NCBI GenBank assembly: GCA_029573725.1
Contig: JAKQDQ010000122.1
Location: 100,156 to 164,155, forward strand
Reading direction: 5' to 3'
Source of the DNA: Verrucomicrobiota bacterium
Lineage (GTDB): Bacteria; Verrucomicrobiota; Verrucomicrobiia; Limisphaerales; JADLHS01
Length of the DNA stretch: 64,000 nt
Below, piece by piece: positions 39,158 through 47,456 of the stretch (positions are counted from its first letter, which is position 1; each line of letters starts with the position of its first letter). The notes below the pieces were generated by a model. The model saw only the letters and a program-made list of their open reading frames with translations. It did no database searches and was not told where the DNA came from. A program made the translations under genes and the position numbers.

Positions 39158-40714
39158 ATGAGCAAAAAATCTAAAAGCAGCCGGCGCGATTCCGGCGTCA
39201 GCCGGCGTGACGCGCTCAAGGGGATTTTGGGGGTGGGGGCGCTCTCCGCACTGGCGGGTTGTGCCACGCCGGGAGATGTGGCTTTGCGCGCCAGACCCGA
39301 CAGGCGGCGCATTGCGCGGGAGAACCAACGGCCGGGCACGCGCGATTGGCTGCTCACAAACACGCGCATTGACCCGGCGACGAAGTATCGTTGTCCCTGG
39401 ATTGAAGGGTACTGTTCGCGCACCAGTGTCCGCGCCGGCGAGAGCATCAGCTTTCATGTCAGCACGAATCCGGCGTCGCCGTTCCGGCTGGATGTGTTCC
39501 GCATGGGCTATTACGGCGGGGCGGGCGCACGGCAGGTGGCGAGCCTTGGACCGTTCGCGGGGCAGATCCAGCCCGATCCGCCGGTGGGGCCGAAGCGTGT
39601 GCGGGATTGTCGCTGGGAGGCCTGCACGACGCTCACCGTCCCGGCCGACTGGCCGAGCGGGATTTATGTGGGCCAGCTGACTGCCGAGCGCGAGGGACTG
39701 CAAAGTTACGTTATTTTCATCGTGCGGGATGATCGGCCGGCGGACCTGATTTATCAGTGTTCCGATACAACCTGGCAGGCTTACAACCGCTGGCCGGATC
39801 AATACGCGTTGTACAACGACGACCAGAATCAATGGTATTGGGGCGGCAACGTGCAGGTGAGTTTCAACCGCCCCTACGGGAAGTATTGTCAGATTGTGGA
39901 CGCGCCGTTGTCCACCGGGACTGGAGATTTTTTTCTGTGGGAATTTCCCTTCGTTTACTGGCTGGAATCGCAGGGTTACGATGTAACCTACACGTCCAAT
40001 CTGGACACCCATGCGGACCCCCGGGGACTGCTACGCGCCCGCGGCTTTCTGTCCGTTGGTCACGATGAGTATTACACCATCGAAATGTTCCGCAACCTGC
40101 AGGCGGCAAAGCGTGCCGGAGTGAGTCTTGGCTTTTTCTCGGGTAACACTTGTTGCGGCCGGATTTTGCTTTCGCCCGACGCAGACGGGTTGCCCCGCCG
40201 CGCTTTTGAACGCATCGGCGTGTTTGGTCCGCCCGGCGGGATGCGTGATTTCATCGCCATGAAATCGCTGCGCCACGAACGGCCGTATGCCAACGAATTG
40301 GTGGGCGCGCACAGCACGGGCGTGGTGACCGGCGGCGCCGACTGGGTGTGCGTGTTGCCGGAGCACTGGATTTTCGCCGGGACGGGGATGCGGCGGGGCG
40401 AGGGGATTCCGGGATTGGTTGGTTGGGAATGGCACGGCGATCCGGCGGACATTCCCGGATTGGAAATCGTGGCCAGCGCTCCGACTCAGGACAAACCCGG
40501 CTCCCTGAACGGCGGCGTCTTCACTGCGACGGTATATCCCGGGCCGCAACAGAATTTTGTCTTCAACGCCTCGACTTGCTGGTGGGCGGATGGGTTGAGC
40601 GAGCCGCCGGGTTACGTGCGTCCATCGGTTTACACTTCTCCCCTGGGACCGGACCGACGCGTGCAGCAGATCACGCGCAACATCCTCGAGCGCATGATCC
40701 GGCGTCCGGTGTGA
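39158..40714 (+). CDS. Tat-exported (lipo)protein, possibly N,N-dimethylformamidase large-subunit-like domain (tentative)
   Basis: Twin-arginine signal SRRDSGVSRRDALKGILGVGALSALAGC with a lipobox-like Cys. YQCSDTTWQAYNRWP and ...SVGHDEYYT... recall the DMFase beta-subunit-like family. This is from memory only. Confidence 0.45.
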   Translation: MSKKSKSSRRDSGVSRRDALKGILGVGALSALAGCATPGDVALRARPDRRRIARENQRPGTRDWLLTNTRIDPATKYRCPWIEGYCSRTSVRAGESISFHVSTNPASPFRLDVFRMGYYGGAGARQVASLGPFAGQIQPDPPVGPKRVRDCRWEACTTLTVPADWPSGIYVGQLTAEREGLQSYVIFIVRDDRPADLIYQCSDTTWQAYNRWPDQYALYNDDQNQWYWGGNVQVSFNRPYGKYCQIVDAPLSTGTGDFFLWEFPFVYWLESQGYDVTYTSNLDTHADPRGLLRARGFLSVGHDEYYTIEMFRNLQAAKRAGVSLGFFSGNTCCGRILLSPDADGLPRRAFERIGVFGPPGGMRDFIAMKSLRHERPYANELVGAHSTGVVTGGADWVCVLPEHWIFAGTGMRRGEGIPGLVGWEWHGDPADIPGLEIVASAPTQDKPGSLNGGVFTATVYPGPQQNFVFNASTCWWADGLSEPPGYVRPSVYTSPLGPDRRVQQITRNILERMIRRPV

Positions 40715-40807
40715 ACGGATCGCCGCCCGGAATGACCGTGCCGGCTTTGGAGTTGGCAAGATGCGGGTTTTCCGCGCATAATGTCCGGCCGTGACAACGG
40801 CGGTGGC

Positions 40808-42367
40808 ATGAGAACACAAGTGGAAATTTACGACACCACCCTGCGCGATGGCGCGCAGGGTGAAGGCATCAATTTTTCGGCCGGCGATAAATTTCGCATT
40901 GCCGAGAAGCTGGACGCCTTTGGGGTTCACTATATCGAAGGAGGCTGGCCGGGCAGCAATCCGAAGGACCTGGAGTTTTTCCGGCTGGCGGCGCGGCGGA
41001 AATGGCGGAACGCCAAGATCGCAGCGTTCAGCATGACCCGGCGCAAGGGGGTGGCGGTGGAGCGCGACGAGTTGATGCGTTTGATTCTCGAAGCGGAAAC
41101 GCCCGTGGTGACCATTGTGGGCAAGACCTGGCTGCTGCATGTCACCGAGGTGCTGCGCGTCAAGCCGGACGAGAATCTGGGCATGATCCGCGATACGATC
41201 CGCTATCTGAAGGATCGGGGTAAAACAGTTTTCTATGATGCGGAACACAGTTTTGATGGCTACGCCGCCGAGCCGGAGTACGCGCTGGCCACCTGGCAGG
41301 CGGCGGAACAGGCGGGGGCGGATGCCATTGTGTTGTGCGATACGAATGGCGGCCGGCTGCCCGGTGAGATTGCGCGAACGGTGGCGCTGGCCCGATCGAA
41401 ATTGCGCTGTGTGATCGGCATTCACACGCACGACGACTGTGGTTTTGGCGTGGCCAATGCCATCGCCGCCGTGGATGCGGGGGCGAGCCAGGTGCAGGGA
41501 ACGATCAACGGCTTCGGCGAGCGGACGGGCAATTGTAATTTGACCAGCGTGATTCCCACATTGGCGCTCAAGATGGGGCTGCGCAGCGTTCCGGCCAGCT
41601 CCCTGCCCAAGCTCAAAAAGCTGTCCGAGTTCGTCAATGAAGTGGCCAACATCCGGTCCAATTCCCGGGCACCGTGGGTGGGTGAATCGGCATTTGCTCA
41701 CAAGGGCGGAATGCATGTCCATGCCATCGAGCGCTTGACGAAAAGCTACGAGCACATCAATCCCGCCGCGGTGGGCAATGCCCGGCGGGTGCTGGTCAGT
41801 GACATGTCCGGACGCACCAATGTCCTGATGAAAGCCAAGGAATTGGGCTTCCAATTGACACCGGACATGGCCGAGTTAAAGGCGATGACGGCGCGCATCA
41901 AACAACTGGAGAGCGAAGGTTACGAATACGAGGCGGCCGAGGGTTCGCTGGCGCTGTTGATTGGCAATGCGTTGAAACATCGCGAGAAGCCGTTTTTGAT
42001 CAATGCCTACCATGTTTCCATGCGCCGTGATGGCCAGGACAACATCTGCGAGGCCACCATCAAGGTCCGCGTCGGAACCAAAGAAGCCCACACGGTGGCG
42101 GATGGGGATGGCCCGGTGAACGCGCTGGATGAGGCGTTGCGCCTGGCGCTGGGCGGGTTTTTCCCGAAGTTGAAAAACGTCGATCTGATCGATTACAAGG
42201 TACGCATCATCAACGGCACGACCGGCACGGCGGCCAAGACGCGGGTCCTGATCACTTCCACGGACGGAAAGCGGGAGTGGGGCACCGTGGGGGTGAGCAA
42301 AAACATCATCGAGGCCAGCCTTCAGGCCTTGGTGGATTCCATGGAGTACGCGCTGCTGAAGAAATGA
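40808..42367 (+). CDS. cimA: citramalate synthase (LeuA/HMGL-like family, CimA type)
   Basis: VEIYDTTLRDGAQGEGINFSAGDKFRIAEKLDAFGVHYIEGGWPGSNPKD, HTHDDCGFGVANAIAAV, and a C-terminal LeuA-allosteric-like domain. Confidence 0.85.
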   Translation: MRTQVEIYDTTLRDGAQGEGINFSAGDKFRIAEKLDAFGVHYIEGGWPGSNPKDLEFFRLAARRKWRNAKIAAFSMTRRKGVAVERDELMRLILEAETPVVTIVGKTWLLHVTEVLRVKPDENLGMIRDTIRYLKDRGKTVFYDAEHSFDGYAAEPEYALATWQAAEQAGADAIVLCDTNGGRLPGEIARTVALARSKLRCVIGIHTHDDCGFGVANAIAAVDAGASQVQGTINGFGERTGNCNLTSVIPTLALKMGLRSVPASSLPKLKKLSEFVNEVANIRSNSRAPWVGESAFAHKGGMHVHAIERLTKSYEHINPAAVGNARRVLVSDMSGRTNVLMKAKELGFQLTPDMAELKAMTARIKQLESEGYEYEAAEGSLALLIGNALKHREKPFLINAYHVSMRRDGQDNICEATIKVRVGTKEAHTVADGDGPVNALDEALRLALGGFFPKLKNVDLIDYKVRIINGTTGTAAKTRVLITSTDGKREWGTVGVSKNIIEASLQALVDSMEYALLKK

Positions 42368-42593
42368 TTTCAATCACGGATGGACACAGATGGACACGGA
42401 CTCCAAATTTGATCTGCGACATCCCGAAAACACCATGCGCTGCATCGCCACCTCGCTGGGCAGTCGAGCGGTTCAAGTAATTTGTCAGCGACTGTTGCAG
42501 CCGACCGCGCGTTTCCGGCGGTCGCTGGTGATTAGGCGGCAGTGTGCGCCTTGATTTATACAAATGTGGTATGTTGCGGTGTCTATTTAGCGT

Positions 42594-42779
42594 ATGAAAG
42601 CATCACGTCTGTTTCTGATACTGGCAGTTGGGATAGTGGCCACAGCATTTATCCCGAGCATTTCCCCCAGCCGGACTCGTCAGACGCCGGTGCGCGTTCA
42701 CTCAAAGAACAATATCGCTCGGATGACGATTACTGCTCCGGCGGTATTGCCCACCAATGCACCGAGTCAGTCGCATTGA
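42594..42779 (+). CDS. possible small membrane/secreted protein (61 aa)
   Basis: ATG ORF in a 660-bp lower-GC spacer. The N-terminus MKASRLFLILAVGIVATAFIP is hydrophobic. Hairpins lie downstream. There is no SD sequence and I recognise no family. Confidence 0.25.
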   Translation: MKASRLFLILAVGIVATAFIPSISPSRTRQTPVRVHSKNNIARMTITAPAVLPTNAPSQSH

Positions 42780-43026
42780 GTTAGTGGATTAGAGTTCTTC
42801 GCCGCCTGATCACCAAGGGATTGGAAAGGACTGAGGCGCGGAGGGGGCGTCGCCTTGTCTGAGTGGGTGATTGTCGAACGTCCTTTCCTTCCGTCGTTGA
42901 TTGCCCCGCCCCCGGCAGTTCGTTAGACTGCCTTTCACGTTTGTCCGGGGAAAGGCGAGTCGGACTGCTGACCAAGTCGAATCGCCAGCGAACGATGTTG
43001 GTGTTTAGGTCAAACGTGAACTGAAT

Positions 43027-45963
43027 ATGTCTGAAATTCCGAAGGCCTACGAACCGCAGTCCGTCGAGGACAAATGGTATGACTTCTGGCTGAAGCAGGG
43101 TTGCTTCACCGCCGACCCGGCGCGCGTGACCGACAAGCGCCCGGCGTATTCCATCGTCATCCCGCCGCCGAACGTCACGGGCATGCTCCACATGGGGCAT
43201 GTGCTCAACAACACGATCCAGGACATCCTCGCCCGCAAGGCGCGCATGGATGGCAAGGAGGTGCTCTGGCTGCCGGGCACAGATCACGCCGGCATCGCCA
43301 CGCAGGTGCAGGTCGAGAAGGCGCTCAAGAAGGAGGAAAAGAAATCCAAGCATGACCTCGGACGCGACGAGTTTCTCAAGCGCGTCTGGCAATGGAAGGA
43401 AAAGCACGGGGGCATCATCATCAACCAGCTCAAAAAGCTCGGATGCTCGTGCGATTGGACGCGCGAGCGTTTCACGATGGACGCGGAGTATTCCCGCTGT
43501 GTGCAAAAGGTTTTCGTCGAGCTTTACAAGAAGGGTCTCATTTATCGCGGCAAACGCATGGTGAACTGGTGTCCGGCCACGCAGACCGCGCTGTCCGACG
43601 AGGAAGTGGAGATGAAACCGCAGAAGGGTTTCATGTATCACTTCCGGGTGGAGGCGGTGGACCAGGATGGATCGCCTGTGCAAATCGTGGCGCGGCCCCT
43701 CACCCCTGCGGAAGGGCAGAGGGTGGCTGACAGGCCGGGTGAGGGGAAATCGGGCGGCCCGCAGATTGACGCCGAAGAGCGGACTTGGCTCACCATCGCG
43801 ACGACGCGACCGGAAACCATCCCGGGCGACACGGCGGTGGCGGTGAATCCGAAAGACCCGCGGTACGCGCATCTCATCGGAAAACACATCGTGCGGCCGT
43901 TGCCGGCGGAATTGCCGCGCGAACAGAAGCTCATCCCGATCATCGGCGACGAGCATGTGGATTTTGAATTCGGCACGGGTGTGCTCAAGGTGACGCCGGC
44001 GCATGACAAGGCGGACTTCGAGATCGGTCAGCGGCACAAGTTGCGTGTCGTGGACATCATGAATCCCGACGGCTCGATGAACGAGCTGGCGGGCGCGGAT
44101 TTGAAGGGGTTGGACCGGTTCAAGGCGCGCAAGGTGGCGGAGGAGAAGCTCACGGAACTCGGTGCGCTGGTGGAAACGAAGTCATACGAGAACAACGTGG
44201 GCTTCAGTCAGCGCGCGGATGTGCCGATCGAGCCGCGGTTGAGCGAACAATGGTTTTTGAAGTATCCGGCGGTGGAGGAAGCCAGGGCGTGCGTGGAGCA
44301 GGAGGGGAGCGCCGAGCACCCGCTCGGCTCGGGCGCCGAATCTGGAACTGGCCGAGCGGGTGCTCGGCGCTCCAAGATGCGTTTCCATCCGCAGCGTTGG
44401 GCGAAGGTTTACGATCACTGGCTGACGAACATTCAGGACTGGTGCATCAGCCGTCAGCTTTGGTGGGGACATCGGATTCCGGTGTGGTATCGTGCCAATC
44501 CCGGTCCGTATGATTTGCGGAAAAGCTCGCAGGAAAATTTAGACGCGAACTATACGATTGAAACAGTTTGTCAGATTGAGAAACCAGAGGGTGATGGTTG
44601 GGAACAAGACCCCGACGTGCTCGACACCTGGTTCAGTTCGTGGCTCTGGCCGTTTGCCACGATGGGTTGGCCCGAGCAGACCGACACGTTGAAGAAGTTT
44701 TATCCGACCACCGACCTGGTCACCGGGCCGGACATCATTTTCTTCTGGGTCGCACGCATGATCATGGCGGGCTATGAATACATGGGCGAGCTGCCGTTCA
44801 AGAATGTGTATTTCACCGGCATCATCCGCGACAAGCAGGGGCGCAAGATGTCGAAGACGCTCGGCAATTCGCCCGACCCGCTCGAACTCATCGCCAAATA
44901 CGGCGCGGACGCATTGCGCTTCGGCACAATGCGCAGTGCGCCGCTCGGTCAGGACGTGTTGTTCGACGAGAAGGACGTCGAGCTGGGCCGCAACTTCTGC
45001 AACAAACTGTGGAACGCGTGTCGCTTTAGACAAATGCAGGGAGGCGAAGTGCAGGGCGAGATTGATCCGGCGCTGCTCACCACGGATGACAAGTGGATAT
45101 TGCTCAAGCTGAACCGGGCGATTGAGGAAATCTCGACGGCCTTAAACACCTACAACTTCAGCACGGCGGTGCAGACGTTGTATCGCTTCTTCTGGAACGA
45201 ATATTGTGATTGGTATGTCGAGGCGAGCAAGGCGGTGTTGGGAAGCACGGAACGCGGAGTGCGGAGCGCGGAACAGGAGAGGCGCCGCGCGAATACGCTC
45301 GCGGTGGTTGATTTTGTGCTGTCGCACACCCTGCGGTTGTTTCACCCGTTCCTGCCATTCATCACGGAGGAGCTGTGGCACGGGATGGGTTACGCGGCAG
45401 ACATGCCGGAGGAGCAGGGCGGCCGCACCCTCATGACGGCGCCATGGCCCAAACCGTTTGACGCGGATTTTCACGAGGCGTACGGGCTGGATGAGACGCA
45501 TCTGGAATTTGCCAGCCAGAAATATGAAGTTGTGACACTGGGGCGCAACCTCCGCCGCGTTGGCAACATACAGTCCGGCAAAAAGGTGAAATTCGTGCTT
45601 AAGCCGAGTCGCGAAATCGCCGCCCATGATGGCGAAGTGATCAAACTGCTGCTCAACGCCGAAGCCTTGGATTTTGCAGAAGATTATGTGACGAAGAAGG
45701 GAACGCCGACGGTGCATACGCCATTCGGGGAATTATTCCTGCCGTTGGATGGATTGATTGATGTCGCGGCAGAGAGGGCACGTCTGACGAAGGAAAAGGA
45801 AAAGATTGAAGGGGAGATCGTCAAGGTGGAACAGAAACTGGCCAATCCTAATTTTACGCAGCGGGTACCCGCCGCGGTGTTGCGCGAGCATGAGCAGCGA
45901 TTGACGGATTGGAAGGAAAAATTCGCGCACGTCAGCGGAGCGCTGGACGCATTGGGAACGTAG
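43027..45963 (+). CDS. valS: valine--tRNA ligase
   Basis: 978 aa. HIGH motif PPPNVTGMLHMGH, ATTRPETIPGDTAVAVNP, DWCISRQLWWGHRIP, KMSKS motif (GRKMSKTLGN), and a C-terminal coiled-coil. Confidence 0.97.
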   Translation: MSEIPKAYEPQSVEDKWYDFWLKQGCFTADPARVTDKRPAYSIVIPPPNVTGMLHMGHVLNNTIQDILARKARMDGKEVLWLPGTDHAGIATQVQVEKALKKEEKKSKHDLGRDEFLKRVWQWKEKHGGIIINQLKKLGCSCDWTRERFTMDAEYSRCVQKVFVELYKKGLIYRGKRMVNWCPATQTALSDEEVEMKPQKGFMYHFRVEAVDQDGSPVQIVARPLTPAEGQRVADRPGEGKSGGPQIDAEERTWLTIATTRPETIPGDTAVAVNPKDPRYAHLIGKHIVRPLPAELPREQKLIPIIGDEHVDFEFGTGVLKVTPAHDKADFEIGQRHKLRVVDIMNPDGSMNELAGADLKGLDRFKARKVAEEKLTELGALVETKSYENNVGFSQRADVPIEPRLSEQWFLKYPAVEEARACVEQEGSAEHPLGSGAESGTGRAGARRSKMRFHPQRWAKVYDHWLTNIQDWCISRQLWWGHRIPVWYRANPGPYDLRKSSQENLDANYTIETVCQIEKPEGDGWEQDPDVLDTWFSSWLWPFATMGWPEQTDTLKKFYPTTDLVTGPDIIFFWVARMIMAGYEYMGELPFKNVYFTGIIRDKQGRKMSKTLGNSPDPLELIAKYGADALRFGTMRSAPLGQDVLFDEKDVELGRNFCNKLWNACRFRQMQGGEVQGEIDPALLTTDDKWILLKLNRAIEEISTALNTYNFSTAVQTLYRFFWNEYCDWYVEASKAVLGSTERGVRSAEQERRRANTLAVVDFVLSHTLRLFHPFLPFITEELWHGMGYAADMPEEQGGRTLMTAPWPKPFDADFHEAYGLDETHLEFASQKYEVVTLGRNLRRVGNIQSGKKVKFVLKPSREIAAHDGEVIKLLLNAEALDFAEDYVTKKGTPTVHTPFGELFLPLDGLIDVAAERARLTKEKEKIEGEIVKVEQKLANPNFTQRVPAAVLREHEQRLTDWKEKFAHVSGALDALGT
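44306..44373. repeat. perfect 23-bp inverted repeat (nested palindrome) inside the valS coding sequence
   Basis: GGAGCGCCGAGCACCCGCTCGGC (44306-44328) is the exact reverse complement of GCCGAGCGGGTGCTCGGCGCTCC (44351-44373), with a 22-nt spacer. Each arm also contains GCCGAGC-N4-GCTCGGC. Confidence 0.9.
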
Positions 45964-45980
45964 GCGCGCGGGGAGGAACG

Positions 45981-47456
45981 ATGCAACAACGCAACGTGAC
46001 CATGAAACGATGGCTGGGGATTTTCAGCGGAGGATGGCTGCTCGTGGTCGGGGCGGCCGCCGAACCCTCCGCAGTCCTGCACGCCAGCGTGTTGGAGACC
46101 CAGGGCCGGTTCCAGGCGGCGTCCAACACGCTTTACGCGGCGACGTCTGATTCCGCGCTGAGCGAGGCGGAGCGGCGACGTCTGGCGTTTGAACTGGACC
46201 GGCTGGAACGCATTCGCAAGGATTATCCGTTCACCCAAGCCGGGTTGTTCAAACGCTTGCAAGATGCGGTGCGGGATCTGACTCAAAGCGAATTCGAAGG
46301 CTGGATCGCCAAGGGCTGGTTCGATTCGCGGGATTTCGACGGGGAACGTCGTTTCATGAGCGCGAGCGTCAGCAATTTGTTCTTTCGTCATCCGGAGTTG
46401 AATGCGCGCCGGATTCCCCCGCGGGATACGCGAGAACACGATCGCGCCAGCCTGGCCACCTGCCGCGCCATCCGCCAGGCCGCGCGCCAGGAGGGACGAC
46501 CCTACGTTTTGCCAAAACACCTGAGAGCCGTGATGACGGTGACGGTGGATGCCGATGTGGCACCGCCGGGAGAAATGATCCGGGCGTGGCTGCCCATCCC
46601 GCGTGAGTACCCGTTCCAACGGGATTTCGTGCTGTTGGAAACCTCCTCGCCGGTGCGGCATCTCGATGGTCCGGACAGCCCGATCCGCGCAGTGTATCTG
46701 GAGCAACCCGCGCAGTCAGGGCAGCCGACACACTTCAGTGTTGAATACCGCTACAAGATTTCCGGCGTCTCGTTCGACATCAATCCGGAGCGGGTGCGCC
46801 GCGTGGACGCCCTGGATCCCCGGCTGCAGCCATTTTTGCGGGAGGAGTTGCACGTGGTCTTTACTCCCGAGTTGCGGAAGTTGGCAAAGGAAATTTTGGT
46901 GGACGAAGTCAATCCCGCCCGGCAGGCCCGGAAAATTTACAATTGGATCGCGGAGCACATCCAATACAGCTACGCCCTCGAGTATTCCACCATCCGGAAT
47001 CTCAGTGATTACTGCCGGGACAAGGGCTACGGCGATTGCGGCCAGGAGGCGCTGCTGTTCATCACGCTCTGCCGGCTCAATGGGATCCCTGCCCGATGGC
47101 AGTCAGGCTGGAACTTATTTCCCGGGGTGAAAGGCATCCATGACTGGTGCGAAATTTATCTTCCGCCGTACGGCTGGATGCCGGTGGATCCATACAAGGG
47201 AATTTTCGCCATGCAATACGCGCCGACCTTGACCCCGGAGGAACGGCGCGAGGTGCGCGATTTTTATTTCGGTGGTCTGGATTACTACCGCATGGCCGCC
47301 AACAGCGCCCACTGCCAGCCGTTGACCCCGCCCAAGCAGTCATTGCGTTCCGACAATGTGGATTTTCAGCGGGGCGAGGTGGAGTGGGGCGACCACAACA
47401 TTTACTTCGACGCTTACCGCTACAGCCTGCAAATTCGCGAACTGCCGTTGCCGTGA
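45981..47456 (+). CDS. secreted transglutaminase-like cysteine protease domain protein
   Basis: GGAGG lies upstream of ATG 45981, and a signal peptide is present. The catalytic triad context is ...GYGDCGQEALLFITLCRLNGIPARWQSGW...IHDWCEIYLPPYGWMPVDP. Confidence 0.75.
   Translation: MQQRNVTMKRWLGIFSGGWLLVVGAAAEPSAVLHASVLETQGRFQAASNTLYAATSDSALSEAERRRLAFELDRLERIRKDYPFTQAGLFKRLQDAVRDLTQSEFEGWIAKGWFDSRDFDGERRFMSASVSNLFFRHPELNARRIPPRDTREHDRASLATCRAIRQAARQEGRPYVLPKHLRAVMTVTVDADVAPPGEMIRAWLPIPREYPFQRDFVLLETSSPVRHLDGPDSPIRAVYLEQPAQSGQPTHFSVEYRYKISGVSFDINPERVRRVDALDPRLQPFLREELHVVFTPELRKLAKEILVDEVNPARQARKIYNWIAEHIQYSYALEYSTIRNLSDYCRDKGYGDCGQEALLFITLCRLNGIPARWQSGWNLFPGVKGIHDWCEIYLPPYGWMPVDPYKGIFAMQYAPTLTPEERREVRDFYFGGLDYYRMAANSAHCQPLTPPKQSLRSDNVDFQRGEVEWGDHNIYFDAYRYSLQIRELPLP

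Noticed and set aside
43696-43746. A 10-bp inverted repeat CCCCTCACCC / GGGTGAGGGG inside the first lineage-specific valS insertion (editing-domain region), which might have been a second palindromic element.
   Set aside because: A 10-bp GC-rich inverted repeat within about 50 nt is expected a few times by chance in 64 kb. This ValRS region is naturally variable in length, and the repeat does not extend.
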